A stretch of 64,000 bases of DNA from Pseudomonas sp. (GCF_030684895.1 NZ_JAUXXP010000016.1:4244-68243), one strand, 5' to 3'. Counted from the stretch's first letter, positions 23,488-35,631 are shown. The notes: a model not told the origin generated them from the letters alone. A program made the numbers and translations.

Positions 23488-24006
23488 ATGTCTGAATACC
23501 TTGACGACTTCTCCGGCGAGAAGAGCAAAACCCAGGTCAAGCGCGAGTTTCATGCGCTACAAGATCTGGGGCAACGCCTGACTACCCTGAAACTCGACCT
23601 GCTGAACAAGCTGCCGCTGACCGACGAGCTGCGCCGCGCGCTGGCCGAAGCGCCCAAGCACACGGCCAATGCCGCGAAAAAGCGCCATGTGCAGTTTATC
23701 GGCCGACTGATGCGCGATCAGGACATCCCAGCCATCCTGACCCTGCTCGACCAGCTGGATGCCTCCACCCGCCAGTACAACGAACGCTTTCATAATCTGG
23801 AGCGCTGGCGTGACCGTTTGCTCAACGGCGACGACGACACCCTGGAAAAATTTGTCGGTGAATACCCCGACGCTGACCGCCAGCACCTGCGCCAGCTGAT
23901 CCGTCAGGGCCAGCACGAACTGGCGCAGAACAAAGCGCCTGCCGCTTCACGCAAAATCTTCAAATACATCCGCGAGCTGGATGAAACCCAGCGCGGTTTG
24001 CGCTAG
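23488..24006 (+). CDS. yjgA: Ribosome-associated protein YjgA (DUF615/DarP)
   Basis: 172-aa basic ORF, divergent from pmbA as in enterobacteria and pseudomonads. Confidence 0.85.
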   Translation: MSEYLDDFSGEKSKTQVKREFHALQDLGQRLTTLKLDLLNKLPLTDELRRALAEAPKHTANAAKKRHVQFIGRLMRDQDIPAILTLLDQLDASTRQYNERFHNLERWRDRLLNGDDDTLEKFVGEYPDADRQHLRQLIRQGQHELAQNKAPAASRKIFKYIRELDETQRGLR

Positions 24007-24019
24007 GCCTCTCGGTCAT

Positions 24020-24051
24020 GATGGGTTACGCCTTCGGCTAACCCATCCTAC
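24020..24051. repeat. REP hairpin GATGGGTTA-cgccttcggc-TAACCCATC-CTAC
   Basis: Read directly from the sequence. On the minus strand it reads GTAG-GATGGGTTA...TAACCCATC. It lies between the convergent yjgA and tldD. Confidence 0.55.
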
Positions 24052-24056
24052 AAATC

Positions 24057-25514
24057 TCAACCGCCCGTCCCGCCCACCGTAATCGCATCGATCTTCAGCG
24101 TCGGCTGGCCCACGCCAACCGGCACCGACTGACCGTCCTTGCCGCAGGTACCGACGCCGCTGTCCAGCGCCAGGTCGTTACCAACCATCGACACCTTGCT
24201 CATGGCTTCCGGACCATTGCCGATTAGCGTTGCTCCTTTGACCGGGGCGGTGATCTTGCCGTCCTCGATCAGGTAAGCCTCGCTGGTGGAAAACACGAAC
24301 TTGCCGCTGGTGATATCCACCTGGCCGCCGCCAAGGTTGGCGCAGTAGATGCCTTTCTTCACCGAACGGATGATTTCTTCCGGGTCACTCTCGCCAGCCA
24401 GCATGTAGGTATTGGTCATGCGCGGCATCGGCAAGTGCGCATAGGACTCACGGCGACCGTTACCGGTGCACGCCACGCCCATCAGGCGGGCATTCAGCTT
24501 GTCCTGCATGTAGCCCTTGAGCACGCCGTTCTCGATCAGCGTGGTGCACTGGGTCTGCGTGCCTTCATCGTCCATGCTCAGGGAGCCGCGGCGCTCGGCC
24601 AGGGTGCCGTCATCGACGATGGTGCACAGGCTGGAGGCCACCTGCTCGCCCATACGGCCGCTGTAGGCCGAACTACCCTTGCGATTGAAGTCGCCTTCCA
24701 GGCCATGGCCGACTGCTTCATGCAGCAGCACGCCAGACCAGCCTGCGCCCATCACCACGGCCATAGTGCCTGCCGGGGCCGGAATCGCTTCGAGGTTGAC
24801 CAGCGCCTGGCGCAGGGCCTCACGGGCATAGCCCATGGCGCGCTCTTCGTTGTTGCTGGTCTGCTCAAGGAAGTAGCGGTAATCGGTACGTCCGCCGCCG
24901 CCATGGCTGCCGCGCTCGCGGCGACCGTTCTGCTCGACGATCACGCTGACATTGAAGCGCACCAGCGGGCGAATATCCGCGCCCAGGCTGCCGTCGTTAG
25001 CGGCGACCAGAATGCGATCCCACACCCCGGCCAGGCTGACCGAAACCTGCTTGATGCGCGGATCAAGGGCGCGAGTGGCGACGTCGATGCGCTTGAGCAG
25101 CTCGACCTTTTCCGCCCGGCCCAGCACATCCAGCGGGTTGTCCTGGGCATACAGCGGCTTGACCAGCGGGCTGCTGAACGCTTGCACGCGGCCGTTCTGC
25201 CCGGCGCGGGCAATCGAGCGGGCCGCGCGTGCCGCCTGGCTCAAGGCGTCAGCGGTAATCGCATTGCTGTAGGCAAAACCGGTTTTCTCGCCGGACTGAG
25301 CGCGCACGCCGACGCCCTGATCAAGGTTGAAACTGCCTTCCTTGACGATGCCATCCTCCAGCGCCCAGGTTTCCGAAACCTGGCTCTGGAAGTACAGATC
25401 GGCCGCATCGATTCCCGGCCCGGCCAGGTCGGCCAAAATTCCAGGCAGATGCTCAATGGTCAAACCGCCCGGCCCCAGCAGATGTTCACTGACGGACACC
25501 AACATATTGTTCAT
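24057..25514 (-). CDS. tldD: Metalloprotease TldD
   Basis: 485-aa ORF with the HEAVGHGLE zinc motif. Confidence 0.95.
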   Translation of the reverse strand: MNNMLVSVSEHLLGPGGLTIEHLPGILADLAGPGIDAADLYFQSQVSETWALEDGIVKEGSFNLDQGVGVRAQSGEKTGFAYSNAITADALSQAARAARSIARAGQNGRVQAFSSPLVKPLYAQDNPLDVLGRAEKVELLKRIDVATRALDPRIKQVSVSLAGVWDRILVAANDGSLGADIRPLVRFNVSVIVEQNGRRERGSHGGGGRTDYRYFLEQTSNNEERAMGYAREALRQALVNLEAIPAPAGTMAVVMGAGWSGVLLHEAVGHGLEGDFNRKGSSAYSGRMGEQVASSLCTIVDDGTLAERRGSLSMDDEGTQTQCTTLIENGVLKGYMQDKLNARLMGVACTGNGRRESYAHLPMPRMTNTYMLAGESDPEEIIRSVKKGIYCANLGGGQVDITSGKFVFSTSEAYLIEDGKITAPVKGATLIGNGPEAMSKVSMVGNDLALDSGVGTCGKDGQSVPVGVGQPTLKIDAITVGGTGG

Positions 25515-26380
25515 TGCTCAATCTCGTTTATGACTGTTGCACCTGGCAGCCGTGGTTCGGCTGCCGCAAAAAATCGTTTATGCCGCGCCACCGGCATACG
25601 CTGACGGATCGCCGCCTGCTCGGCCGCATCACGCTCGGCCAGCAGGACGCCCGGCCCCTGTGGCAGTTCGGCGAGCACGCGCCCCCAAGGGTCGACCAGC
25701 GCCGAATGGCCAAAGGTCTCGCGCCCGCCCGGATGGCTGCCGCCCTGACCGGCCGCCAGTACATAGCACTGGGTTTCGATGGCCCGCGCGCGGGTGAGTA
25801 TTTGCCAATGCGCCGCGCCGGTAACCGCAGTAAAGGCCGCCGGCACGCTGATCAACTCGGCGCCAGCCGCACGTAACGCGCTGTACAGCTCGGGGAAGCG
25901 CAGGTCATAACACACCGTCAGACCCAAACGCCCAACCGGAGTATCGGCTACCACCACCAGGCTACCGAAGGCGTAATCGTCAGACTCGCGATAGCGGCCG
26001 TGGCTGTCGCTGACATCCACATCAAACAGGTGCAGCTTGTCATAACGCGCCACCCGCTGGCCTTGATTATCGATCAGCAGGGAGCAGGCATGAGCCTTGG
26101 CGTCAGGCTGGCCATCCGGTGGCAAGGGCAAGGTGCCGGCGACAATCCACAGGCCCAGATCGCGGGCAGCCTGTTGTAACCAGGGCAGAATCGGCCCCTC
26201 GCCCAACGCTTCGGCACGCCCCAGTGCGGCCTGATCACGCCGGCCCATGGCCGCGAAGTTTTCCGGCAGCACCGCCAGCCGCGCACCTTGCGCAGCAGCC
26301 TGTTCGAGCAACTGCCGAGCCTGCGCCAGATTGGCCAGGACATCGGCCTGGCTGACCATTTGAATGACTGCGAAAGTCAT
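25511..26380 (-). CDS. Carbon-nitrogen hydrolase family protein (nitrilase superfamily)
   Basis: 289-aa ORF. The E-K-C triad contexts are visible ([22 protein letters not shown]). Its stop overlaps the tldD start by 4 nt. Confidence 0.85.
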   Translation of the reverse strand: MTFAVIQMVSQADVLANLAQARQLLEQAAAQGARLAVLPENFAAMGRRDQAALGRAEALGEGPILPWLQQAARDLGLWIVAGTLPLPPDGQPDAKAHACSLLIDNQGQRVARYDKLHLFDVDVSDSHGRYRESDDYAFGSLVVVADTPVGRLGLTVCYDLRFPELYSALRAAGAELISVPAAFTAVTGAAHWQILTRARAIETQCYVLAAGQGGSHPGGRETFGHSALVDPWGRVLAELPQGPGVLLAERDAAEQAAIRQRMPVARHKRFFAAAEPRLPGATVINEIEQ

Positions 26381-26465
26381 GACTGCCTTATCTCTCTATC
26401 GGTATCAGGCTTCAGCTTACAAGCCATACCGGCAGACTGCACGGCTGCATATTCGCCGTGCGGGT

Positions 26466-29400
26466 TTACTGCGGTTTCTCGAAGGGTTTGTCGAAACTGA
26501 TATCCGGGTTCTGCCAGGAGCCCTTGACGTCGTACTGCACGCTGGCAAAGCGCGCCACGCGGTCACCCAGCAGCTTATCGGCGATAAACAGCGCCCCACC
26601 AATAGCCGGCGCACCAACTATCAACGCGGCCAAAGGCAGGTTGTTGGTCACCGGCAGGGTCACCAACAACTTGGCATCAATGCGATCATTGGCCATGTCC
26701 AGGGTGCCATTGAGCTCCAGATTGCTCGACGGCCCTTCAAGGGTGATCGGCTCGCGGGTCACGAACACACCGTTATCGGCCACCAGCAGGCCCTTGACCC
26801 GGTCATAGCTCAGGCCCTTGCCAAGCAGATCGGAGAAGTCCAAGCGCAGGCGTCGACCAATCGAGTTGAAATTCAGCAAGCCGAATACCCGCAGCGCCGA
26901 AGCCGGACCTTCCACCTCGGAGAACTGGCCCTTGCGCAGCGAGGCATCCAGCGTGCCGCTAAAACGCTTCATGCCAAACCAGGCCGGCGAGCCGGGCCAG
27001 TCGCCATCCACATCCAGATGAAAATCTCGGCTGCTGGCGGTGGGGGCAAAGCCCCAGGCGATCAATACATCAGCCAGATCGGCGCCACCCATACGCCCCT
27101 TATAGCTGCTGCGCATGCCGCTTGCGGCGTTTAGCCAGGTGGCCCGACCGCCAATCTTCAAGCCCTTGAGGTTGAGGTCCAGCTCGTTGAAATGCACCCC
27201 GGTGCCGACCGGACGCGCCTTGAGCGACCAGCTGCCCAGCGGTTCGATGCCCTGATAAACCTGGGCAATACGCACGTCCAGCGCCGGGAAGCTGCTCGGA
27301 TCAACGCTGGCCAGCGGGTCTGGTGCCTCGACCACAGGCTCGCCTGCAGCCTTCTTCTCTGCCGCCGGTAAGCGCAGGTAATCGAGCGTCAGGGCAATCG
27401 GCAGCTCACGGGTATCCGGCAAGCCGACCTGGCCTTTCAGCTGCGCACTGTCGAGGCTGACTGCCCAGGTTGCAGCATCGCGCTGAACCGCCACTTCTAA
27501 CGCATCCAGGCTGATGCCAAAACCGCTGAAACGGCCAATACGCAGCTGCGCGTCCTTGAACAGCCGCTGCGCATCATCGACTGGCACGCTGGCATAGGGC
27601 TGCAACACCTGCTGCCAGGCCGACCAGTCCAGCTCGGCCACGCGCCCGCGCACACGCAGGCCCTGACTGGTCGGCAGGCTGGCCGGGCCATCGGCCAGGC
27701 GAATCTCGCCGCGACCTTGGTTGAACTGCCCCGGACGGGCGGCCAAGGTCAGGCTCAGCAACTCGGCGTAATCCAGCCAGTAGCGCTGCTCACGGCCACC
27801 CAGGGTCATGCGCCACTGCGTCACACGCTCCTCGGCAGCGGTCTTGCCGAACGGTGCCGGCAGCGCCAGCGTGGCGCCTTTGAGGGTGGAACTCACACGT
27901 AACTGACTGTCGGCGCCGTCCAGGGTCAGGTTGAGGCGATAGGGTAGATTGCCACTGATGGGCAGCGGCTGGGTCACGCCCAGCCAGCTGCTCAGCTCCT
28001 TGACGGCGATCTGCCCGTTGGCCTCGATGCGACTGCGCGCCTTGCCGCGCGCGCCTTCGGCCAGCGCCTTGGCGCGCATCGCATGACCCAGTACCTGGGC
28101 ACGAATATCCGGGGCGCTGAGGCCGCTGGCGGTGTTGTAACGAAAGGCGCCCTGCAACTGACTGAACTGCAGCGGCGGGTTGGGCAGGCTGAGTTGTGCG
28201 CTTTCAGTGGCGAAATCCACCACCACTTCCGGGGCAAGGCCTTTACGTAGCGGCAGGTCGAGCTTGAGCTTGCCAGCCAGCGCCCCCGCGCCAGTCCAGC
28301 CAGCGAAGGTTTCTGCAGTGCCGATCGGCGCTTGCTGCAAGATATGCAGGGCATCATCGACATTGCTGCTCAGCTCGCTGGTCAACAACAGACGTGGCGG
28401 CTGACCGGGCAATGCAGTCGCGATCAGCGCCTGGGCATTGTTCACTCGACTATCGAGAATGCGTCCTTCAGCCAGTTCGACGCGCACGCCGCTGTCTTCG
28501 ATCAACACCTTGCCACGCCCCTCGCGCAGCGATGGCCAGCCGGGCTGAAAGGCCAGCTCGGCATCATGCACGGCGAAGAATAGGCTGATGCTGTGCGCAG
28601 CATGCTCGGCCCCCTTGTTCAGCGAGCCCTGGTACTGGAAATAACCTTCATCGACCGCGCCACCACGGATGGCAGTTTTCAGCCAGGCGTCCAGGTCGGC
28701 ACTCATGCCCGGCGCGCGGCTCGGCAGGTATTTCTCGGTAAAGCGCGCGTCGCCGTTACGCAGGCCGACGCGCAAGTCCATATAGTCTTCTTGCGTCGGG
28801 TCGAAACGCAGGCGAATCAGAAAATCACCGGCAGCCGGCCCCTCCTCACCCACCACTTGCAGATACGGACTGCGCAGGGTGAACGCTTCCTCATCTATCT
28901 GCCAGGTCAGCAGGGCATTGGCTTTCTGGTAGTGCCAGGGTTTGGGGAACAGAGTATCGAGGTGCAGGGAAAAGTCTTCGCTATCAACCCGCAGCTCACC
29001 TTGACCGAGATCACCACTGATGCTGCCGCTGACATTTTCTGCAGCAGGCGAGCCGTGCCATGCAGCAAAGCCAATGCGCTCTAGATTGGCCGAGAACTGC
29101 AGACGCTTGCTATCGGTCAGGTGCGGCCGGTAGTCGAGCTGAATATTGCGCAGCGCGCCATGCGGCTTGAGCTGCTCGAGTAACCCCAGGGCGTTATCCG
29201 GCAGCGGTGCAAGCCCCGCCACCAGCGGCTGCAGCGGCGCCAGGTCGAGTCGATCAGCACTCAGCAACCATTGCTCCTGCACGTCTGCGCTTTCCGCCTG
29301 CTGGGTCAGCGCCAGGCGCACCTCGCCCCAGCGCTGCTCATCACGACTGAAGGCCAGGTCATCCAGCACCAGCTTGAAACCCAGCTCGGTGCGGGTGAAA

Positions 29401-30299
29401 TAGGCATTCAACGCCAGATTATGCAGCGCCACCGCTTCGCGCTTGGCATAGCCGGCCTTGAGCTGTGGCACATGCAGACGACTGACCGCCCGCTGTACGC
29501 CGCCATTGGCCCAGCTCAACCAGACCTCGCCGCCCAGCTGTAACTGCTCAAGCCGCCATTGCGCCAGCAGGCTCGCCGGCACCCAGGCAGCCCAATCGCT
29601 CTGCGGCAAGCTCAGGTACAGCTCGGCTTCGGCCTCCTGCCAGCGTTTGGCGCTTATCCGCGTGCGCAACTGCAGGGCCAGTGGCTGGCCGTCAGGCAAC
29701 AGCAGGCGGCCGTCCAGACGCTGTCGAATACTGCCGTTACGCAGGGTGAGATTGACATAGGTCAGGGTCCGCGCCGGCTGCTCGAAGGCTTGTACGGTGA
29801 TCTGGCTGTTAAACAGCGACAGGCGCTTGACCATCTGCGATTGCGTCAGCACCTGAGCCAGATCCAACGGCGCCGGGTCGCTGCGTTGCGGTAAGCCTTT
29901 GAGCGACCAGCGACCGTCCTCGCCCTGCTGCACCACCAGTTGCAGGCCATCCAGCTCGAGCCGGGCGATACGTAGCTGCCGCGCCAGCAGGCTGGCCAGC
30001 ACATCCGGCACCACGCGCACCTGATCCAGCTGCAAGGCCCCGGCGCCCTCACCGACCGCCACATCGTGAGCGATCAGCACCGGCGAAAAACCTTGCCAGA
30101 GGCCTTCCAGCGCACCGATCTGCACCGGCATGGCCAGCGCTGCACGGGCCTTGTCTTCGGCGTCCAGGCGGTATTCGGCGACCAGCGGCACCAGCTCGCG
30201 GCCAAGGCTGACATACAGCGCTGCCAATACCAGCGCCAAAGCGCACACCCCCAATGCGCCACGCAGCAGCAGGGCAGTCCAACGCGCCAACGCCTGCAT
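26466..30299 (-). CDS. yhdP: YhdP-family (AsmA-like) large envelope protein
   Basis: 1277-aa ORF with a single N-terminal TM helix and a very long beta-rich periplasmic body. It sits in the conserved position next to rng. Confidence 0.85.
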   Translation of the reverse strand: MQALARWTALLLRGALGVCALALVLAALYVSLGRELVPLVAEYRLDAEDKARAALAMPVQIGALEGLWQGFSPVLIAHDVAVGEGAGALQLDQVRVVPDVLASLLARQLRIARLELDGLQLVVQQGEDGRWSLKGLPQRSDPAPLDLAQVLTQSQMVKRLSLFNSQITVQAFEQPARTLTYVNLTLRNGSIRQRLDGRLLLPDGQPLALQLRTRISAKRWQEAEAELYLSLPQSDWAAWVPASLLAQWRLEQLQLGGEVWLSWANGGVQRAVSRLHVPQLKAGYAKREAVALHNLALNAYFTRTELGFKLVLDDLAFSRDEQRWGEVRLALTQQAESADVQEQWLLSADRLDLAPLQPLVAGLAPLPDNALGLLEQLKPHGALRNIQLDYRPHLTDSKRLQFSANLERIGFAAWHGSPAAENVSGSISGDLGQGELRVDSEDFSLHLDTLFPKPWHYQKANALLTWQIDEEAFTLRSPYLQVVGEEGPAAGDFLIRLRFDPTQEDYMDLRVGLRNGDARFTEKYLPSRAPGMSADLDAWLKTAIRGGAVDEGYFQYQGSLNKGAEHAAHSISLFFAVHDAELAFQPGWPSLREGRGKVLIEDSGVRVELAEGRILDSRVNNAQALIATALPGQPPRLLLTSELSSNVDDALHILQQAPIGTAETFAGWTGAGALAGKLKLDLPLRKGLAPEVVVDFATESAQLSLPNPPLQFSQLQGAFRYNTASGLSAPDIRAQVLGHAMRAKALAEGARGKARSRIEANGQIAVKELSSWLGVTQPLPISGNLPYRLNLTLDGADSQLRVSSTLKGATLALPAPFGKTAAEERVTQWRMTLGGREQRYWLDYAELLSLTLAARPGQFNQGRGEIRLADGPASLPTSQGLRVRGRVAELDWSAWQQVLQPYASVPVDDAQRLFKDAQLRIGRFSGFGISLDALEVAVQRDAATWAVSLDSAQLKGQVGLPDTRELPIALTLDYLRLPAAEKKAAGEPVVEAPDPLASVDPSSFPALDVRIAQVYQGIEPLGSWSLKARPVGTGVHFNELDLNLKGLKIGGRATWLNAASGMRSSYKGRMGGADLADVLIAWGFAPTASSRDFHLDVDGDWPGSPAWFGMKRFSGTLDASLRKGQFSEVEGPASALRVFGLLNFNSIGRRLRLDFSDLLGKGLSYDRVKGLLVADNGVFVTREPITLEGPSSNLELNGTLDMANDRIDAKLLVTLPVTNNLPLAALIVGAPAIGGALFIADKLLGDRVARFASVQYDVKGSWQNPDISFDKPFEKPQ

Positions 30300-30315
30300 T
30301 CAGTTCACGCCCATA

Positions 30316-31773
30316 TCAGAGCAGCACCACATCGTATTGCTCCTGGGAATACATGGTCTCGACCTGAAACTTGATGGTACGACCAATAAAGGCTTCGAGA
30401 TCGGCGACATTGCCCGACTCTTCATCGAGCAGACGGTCGACCACTTTCTGATTGGCCAGCACACGATAGCCTTCCGGCTGGTAAGCCCGCGCCTCACGGA
30501 GAATCTCGCGAAATATTTCGTAGCAGGTGGTTTCCGCCGTTTTCAGCTTGCCGCGTCCCTGGCAGCAGCTGCACGGCTCGCACAACACCTGCTCAAGGCT
30601 TTCACGGGTGCGCTTGCGGGTCATTTGCACCAGGCCCAGCTCGGTGATGCCAATAATATTGGTCTTGGCGTGATCGCGCTCCAGCTGCTTCTCCAGGGTA
30701 CGCAGCACCTGACGCTGGTGCTCCTCATCGATCATGTCGATAAAGTCGATGATGATGATCCCGCCGAGATTGCGCAGGCGCAGCTGGCGAGCAATCGCGG
30801 TGGCGGCTTCCAGATTGGTTTTGAAGATGGTCTCTTCCAGCGTGCGATGGCCGACGAAGGCGCCGGTATTCACATCGATGGTGCTCATCGCCTCAGCCGG
30901 ATCGATGATCAGGTAGCCACCGGACTTGAGCGGCACCTTACGCTCCAAGGCCTTCTGGATTTCGTCCTCGACGCCATACAGATCAAAGATCGGCCGCTCG
31001 CCGGGATAGTGCTCCAGGCGGTCGGCGATTTCCGGCATCAGCTCATCGACGAACTGGGTGATTTTGCCGAAGGTCTCCCGCGAGTCGACGCGGATCTTCT
31101 CGATTTTCGGGCTGACCAGGTCGCGCAGGGTGCGCAGCGCCAGGGACAGATCCTCGTAGATCACCAGCGGCGTCGGACCGACTTTCATCTGCGTGGCAAT
31201 CTGCTCCCACAGACGGCGCAGGTAACGGATATCGGCGAGGATTTCATCGGCCCCGGCGCCGTCGGCCGCAGTGCGCAGGATAAAGCCGCCGCTTTCCTCA
31301 ATGCCTTCGGCGGCCACGCAATCGGCCACCACCTGCTTCAGACGCTCGCGCTCAGCTTCGTCCTCGATTTTCAGCGAGATGCCAACGTGGGCGGTGCGCG
31401 GCATATACACCAGGTAACGCGAGGGGATCGACAGCTGAGTGGTCAGGCGCGCGCCCTTGCTGCCAATCGGGTCCTTGGTGACCTGCACCACCAGGCTCTG
31501 GCCTTCATGCACCAGGGCGCTGATGCTTTCCACCGCAGGGCCTTCGCGACTGGAGATTTCCGCCGCGTGAATAAACGCCGCACGCTCCAGGCCGATATCG
31601 ATAAAAGCCGCCTGCATGCCCGGCAGCACGCGCACCACCTTGCCCTTATAGATATTGCCGACGATGCCACGCTTCTGCGTGCGTTCGACATGCACTTCCT
31701 GCAGTACGCCGTTTTCCACCACCGCCACGCGCGACTCCATCGGCGTGATGTTGATCAGGATCTCTTCACTCAT
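30316..31773 (-). CDS. rng: Ribonuclease G
   Basis: The ORF 30316-31971 was trimmed to the ATG at 31773 (MSEEILINITPMESRVAVVENG..). The product is 485 aa with an S1 domain followed by an RNase E/G catalytic core. Confidence 0.95.
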   Translation of the reverse strand: MSEEILINITPMESRVAVVENGVLQEVHVERTQKRGIVGNIYKGKVVRVLPGMQAAFIDIGLERAAFIHAAEISSREGPAVESISALVHEGQSLVVQVTKDPIGSKGARLTTQLSIPSRYLVYMPRTAHVGISLKIEDEAERERLKQVVADCVAAEGIEESGGFILRTAADGAGADEILADIRYLRRLWEQIATQMKVGPTPLVIYEDLSLALRTLRDLVSPKIEKIRVDSRETFGKITQFVDELMPEIADRLEHYPGERPIFDLYGVEDEIQKALERKVPLKSGGYLIIDPAEAMSTIDVNTGAFVGHRTLEETIFKTNLEAATAIARQLRLRNLGGIIIIDFIDMIDEEHQRQVLRTLEKQLERDHAKTNIIGITELGLVQMTRKRTRESLEQVLCEPCSCCQGRGKLKTAETTCYEIFREILREARAYQPEGYRVLANQKVVDRLLDEESGNVADLEAFIGRTIKFQVETMYSQEQYDVVLL

Positions 31774-31831
31774 GCGCTTATCTCTTGTGAGAGCATGCTG
31801 AAAGCCGGGACTGTGGCACTCGTGCCAGCCA

Positions 31832-32452
31832 TCACCCGCGACCCGCAACCTCTTGACTGTGATCTGGCAGCGACTGCCAGCACGGAATAGCAAATTCTGC
31901 GAGCAACGCGGCAGTCTCACACAGTGGCAAACCCACCACCGCCGAATAACTGCCGTGCAACTGGCTGACAAACACCGCCGCCAGGCCCTGAATACCGTAA
32001 CACCCGGCCTTGTCCTGCGGCTCGCCGCTGGCCCAGTAAGCCTCGATTTCCGCCTGACTCAACGCACGGAAGGTGACCTGGCTTGTGACCACCCGCGACT
32101 CCAGCCGTTCGCGGCTGGCCAGTGCCACGGCCGTCAGCACCTGATGAGTGCGCCCGGACAAAGCACTCAAGGTCGCCAGCGCATCGTCACGGTCGACAGG
32201 CTTGCCGAGAATCCGCCCATCGAGCACCACGGCGGTATCGGCGCCGAGCACCACGGCATCCGTAGTATCGGCCAATGGCGCCAGCCCAGCCTGCGCCTTG
32301 GCGCGAGCCAGACGCTCTACATAGGCGATTGGCGACTCACCTGGCAATGCATTTTCATCAATTGGGGCGATTTGCGTGAGGAAGGGCACAGCAATTTGCG
32401 TCAGCAGTTCACGGCGACGCGGCGACCCGGAAGCGAGATAGAGGGTGGCCAT
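31832..32452 (-). CDS. maf: Maf-like nucleoside triphosphate pyrophosphatase
   Basis: 206-aa ORF with the [14 protein letters not shown] motif. Confidence 0.9.
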   Translation of the reverse strand: MATLYLASGSPRRRELLTQIAVPFLTQIAPIDENALPGESPIAYVERLARAKAQAGLAPLADTTDAVVLGADTAVVLDGRILGKPVDRDDALATLSALSGRTHQVLTAVALASRERLESRVVTSQVTFRALSQAEIEAYWASGEPQDKAGCYGIQGLAAVFVSQLHGSYSAVVGLPLCETAALLAEFAIPCWQSLPDHSQEVAGRG

Positions 32453-32497
32453 GCTGACTTCTCCCTGTCGGATAAACGCAAGGCCGAGCGGCCTTGC

Positions 32498-32983
32498 TTA
32501 ATTGACGCCTAGACGCTGATGCAGCCCGCGCAGCAAGGTGCAGACCCAAGGCCAGAGCAAGGCACTGACCAGCGCCGGCAAGACAAAGGTCAGAGTCGGC
32601 GGGCGACTGCCGGTCAGGGCGTTCAGCCACAGCTGCACCAGCTGCGCCAGGCCGAACACCACCAGCAGCACCGTGCTCTGCTGCCACATTGGGAACATGC
32701 GCAAACGCTGATGCAGGGTCAGCACCAGGAAAGTGATCAGGGTCAGGATCAGCGCATTCTGCCCCAGCAAACTGCCATTCAGCACATCGGCCAACAAGCC
32801 GATGGCCCAGGCCGTGGTCATGCCTACGCGATGTGGCAACGCCAGCACCCAATAGGTCAGAAACAGCGCCAGCCACAGCGGCCGGCCCAGCTCCATAAAC
32901 TTGGGCATGCTCGATACGCTAAGCAACAGCGCCAGAGCAAATGTCAGCCAGACCACCCAGATATTGCTTGAACGTGCGGCCAT
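32498..32983 (-). CDS. mreD: Rod shape-determining protein MreD
   Basis: 161-aa polytopic membrane ORF directly after mreC. Confidence 0.9.
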   Translation of the reverse strand: MAARSSNIWVVWLTFALALLLSVSSMPKFMELGRPLWLALFLTYWVLALPHRVGMTTAWAIGLLADVLNGSLLGQNALILTLITFLVLTLHQRLRMFPMWQQSTVLLVVFGLAQLVQLWLNALTGSRPPTLTFVLPALVSALLWPWVCTLLRGLHQRLGVN

Positions 32984-33897
32984 TATTGCGCTGCCTCCGA
33001 CGGATTGGCGGGCGCTGCTGGTGCGTCGGCCGCGGGTTGCGCCTGCTGCAGGATTTCACGATCCAGGGCTTCCTGCGCCTGCGCCGACTCGGTGGCGCGC
33101 TGCTCCGGCGTACGCGGATCGGTAAATACCAGCAGCATATAGCGGCTGCGGTTCAACATAGCCGTGGGCACCGCACGGACAATCGCAAACGGCTGGCCGG
33201 AGTCGTGGATCACTTCACTGACCATGGCCACCGGATAACCGGCCGGGAAACGCTGCCCCATACCGGAGCTGACCAGCAGATCACCTTCCTTGATATCCGC
33301 CGTGTCGGCGACATGCCGCAGCTCCAGGCGCTCCGGGTTACCGGTGCCGCTGGCGATGGCACGCAGGCCATTGCGATTGACCTGCACCGGAATGCTGTGG
33401 GTGGTGTCAGTCAGCAGCAATACGCGCGAGGTGTAGGGCATGACCTCGACCACCTGGCCCATCAGGCCGCGGGCGTCCAGCACCGGCTGGCCGAGGAACA
33501 CGCCATCCTTCTCACCCTTGTCAATCAGAATGCGATGGGTAAAGGGGTTGGGGTCGATACCGATCAGCTCGGTGGCCAGTACGTCATCATCGACCAGCGC
33601 AGCCGAGTTGAGCAGCTCGCGCAGGCGCACGTTCTGCTCGGTGAGGGCGGCAAGCTTCTGCAGCCGGCGCTGCATCATCAGCTGTTCGGCCTTGAGCTTT
33701 TCGTTCTCGGCGGCCAGCTCATTGCGCGTACTCAGTTCCTGAGTCGCGCTCTCCCACACCCGCACCGGCAAGCGACCGACCCAGTAGACCGGCTCGACGA
33801 TCAGGCCCAGCTGCGCCCGCACCGGCTGCAACAGAGTGAAGCGCGCATCGACCACCATCAGCGCAGCCGACAGCACGGTGAACACCAGCAGGCGCAC
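32983..33897 (-). CDS. mreC: Rod shape-determining protein MreC; the ORF-track start is GTG 33897, and the real N-terminus probably begins 12 codons upstream at 33933
   Basis: 304-aa ORF with a coiled-coil, a beta domain and a Pro/Ala-rich tail. The in-frame upstream codons encode I-KPLFAKGPSLG, which matches the conserved MreC N-terminus. Confidence 0.9.
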   Translation of the reverse strand: MRLLVFTVLSAALMVVDARFTLLQPVRAQLGLIVEPVYWVGRLPVRVWESATQELSTRNELAAENEKLKAEQLMMQRRLQKLAALTEQNVRLRELLNSAALVDDDVLATELIGIDPNPFTHRILIDKGEKDGVFLGQPVLDARGLMGQVVEVMPYTSRVLLLTDTTHSIPVQVNRNGLRAIASGTGNPERLELRHVADTADIKEGDLLVSSGMGQRFPAGYPVAMVSEVIHDSGQPFAIVRAVPTAMLNRSRYMLLVFTDPRTPEQRATESAQAQEALDREILQQAQPAADAPAAPANPSEAAQ

Positions 33898-33960
33898 ACC
33901 CAGCGAAGGACCTTTGGCAAATAGCGGTTTGATCGGCAGCTCCTCACAGCGTCAGGCAGC

Positions 33961-33999
33961 AAAACAAAAGCTGCAAGCGAGTAAAACCCGGCTTGCAGC
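33961..33999 (-). terminator. Intrinsic terminator/attenuator between mreB and mreC
   Basis: On the minus strand, GCTGCAAGC-N12-GCTTGCAGC is followed by TTTTGTTTT. It begins about 20 nt after the mreB stop. Confidence 0.55.
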
Positions 34000-34021
34000 T
34001 CAAGACTTGGAGCGGTCGCGC

Positions 34022-35074
<1,053 letters not shown>

Positions 35075-35328
35075 CTAGGCAACGCGTGGGTAAAGACGAA
35101 GCGCGGTAAAGGCGCTGCTAAAAAGTGCGGCAAACTCTAACAACGGCAGGGATTTTGAGCAAGGCACCAATATGTTAGATTGCCGGTTTTTCAGGGCTTT
35201 AAGGCCCATCATCGCGGCCTTTGACCGCCACCTGTCACTATCTGTTCCCTGCGCACCCGTGCATGGCGACTCGTTCACATTTCCAAAGGCGGCCAGCGAC
35301 TGCGCTGCTTTATATAGGGAGAAACCTG

Positions 35329-35616
35329 ATGGCGCTTGAACGCTCCGACGTGGAGAAAATCGCTCATCTGGCTCGACTGGGCCTGAATGAAGCCGATATC
35401 CCGGGTACCACTGAGACCCTCAATAACATTCTCGGCCTGATTGATCAGATGCAAGCAGTCAATACTGACGGCATCGAGCCGCTGGCCCACCCGCTGGAAG
35501 CCACTCAGCGCCTGCGCGCCGACCAGGTCACCGAACGCAACCAGCGCGAGGCCTACCAGGCCATCGCCCCGGCTGTGGAAAACGGCCTGTATCTGGTTCC
35601 GAAAGTCATTGAGTAA
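35329..35616 (+). CDS. gatC: Asp/Glu-tRNA amidotransferase subunit C
   Basis: The ORF 35221-35616 was trimmed to the ATG at 35329 ([19 protein letters not shown]..). The product is 95 aa. Confidence 0.95.
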   Translation: MALERSDVEKIAHLARLGLNEADIPGTTETLNNILGLIDQMQAVNTDGIEPLAHPLEATQRLRADQVTERNQREAYQAIAPAVENGLYLVPKVIE

Positions 35617-35631
35617 GGGAAAAGCCTAGCC

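Noticed and set aside
24435-25604. 389-aa plus-strand ORF
   Set aside because: It is antisense to tldD, which carries the HEAVGHGLE motif. It is a shadow ORF.
30130-31890. 586-aa plus-strand ORF
   Set aside because: It is antisense to rng. It is a shadow ORF.
30316-31971. N-terminal extensions proposed by the ORF track (rng to 31971, opdP from 60267, mlaF to 14763, hisC to 7797, hisD to 9206, hisG to 9988, pmbA to 23420, magE to 43042, and others)
   Set aside because: The extensions precede a conserved family N-terminus with an ATG and a plausible SD. They are composed of Cys/Arg/Trp-rich junk or overlap the upstream gene, so I used the internal starts instead.
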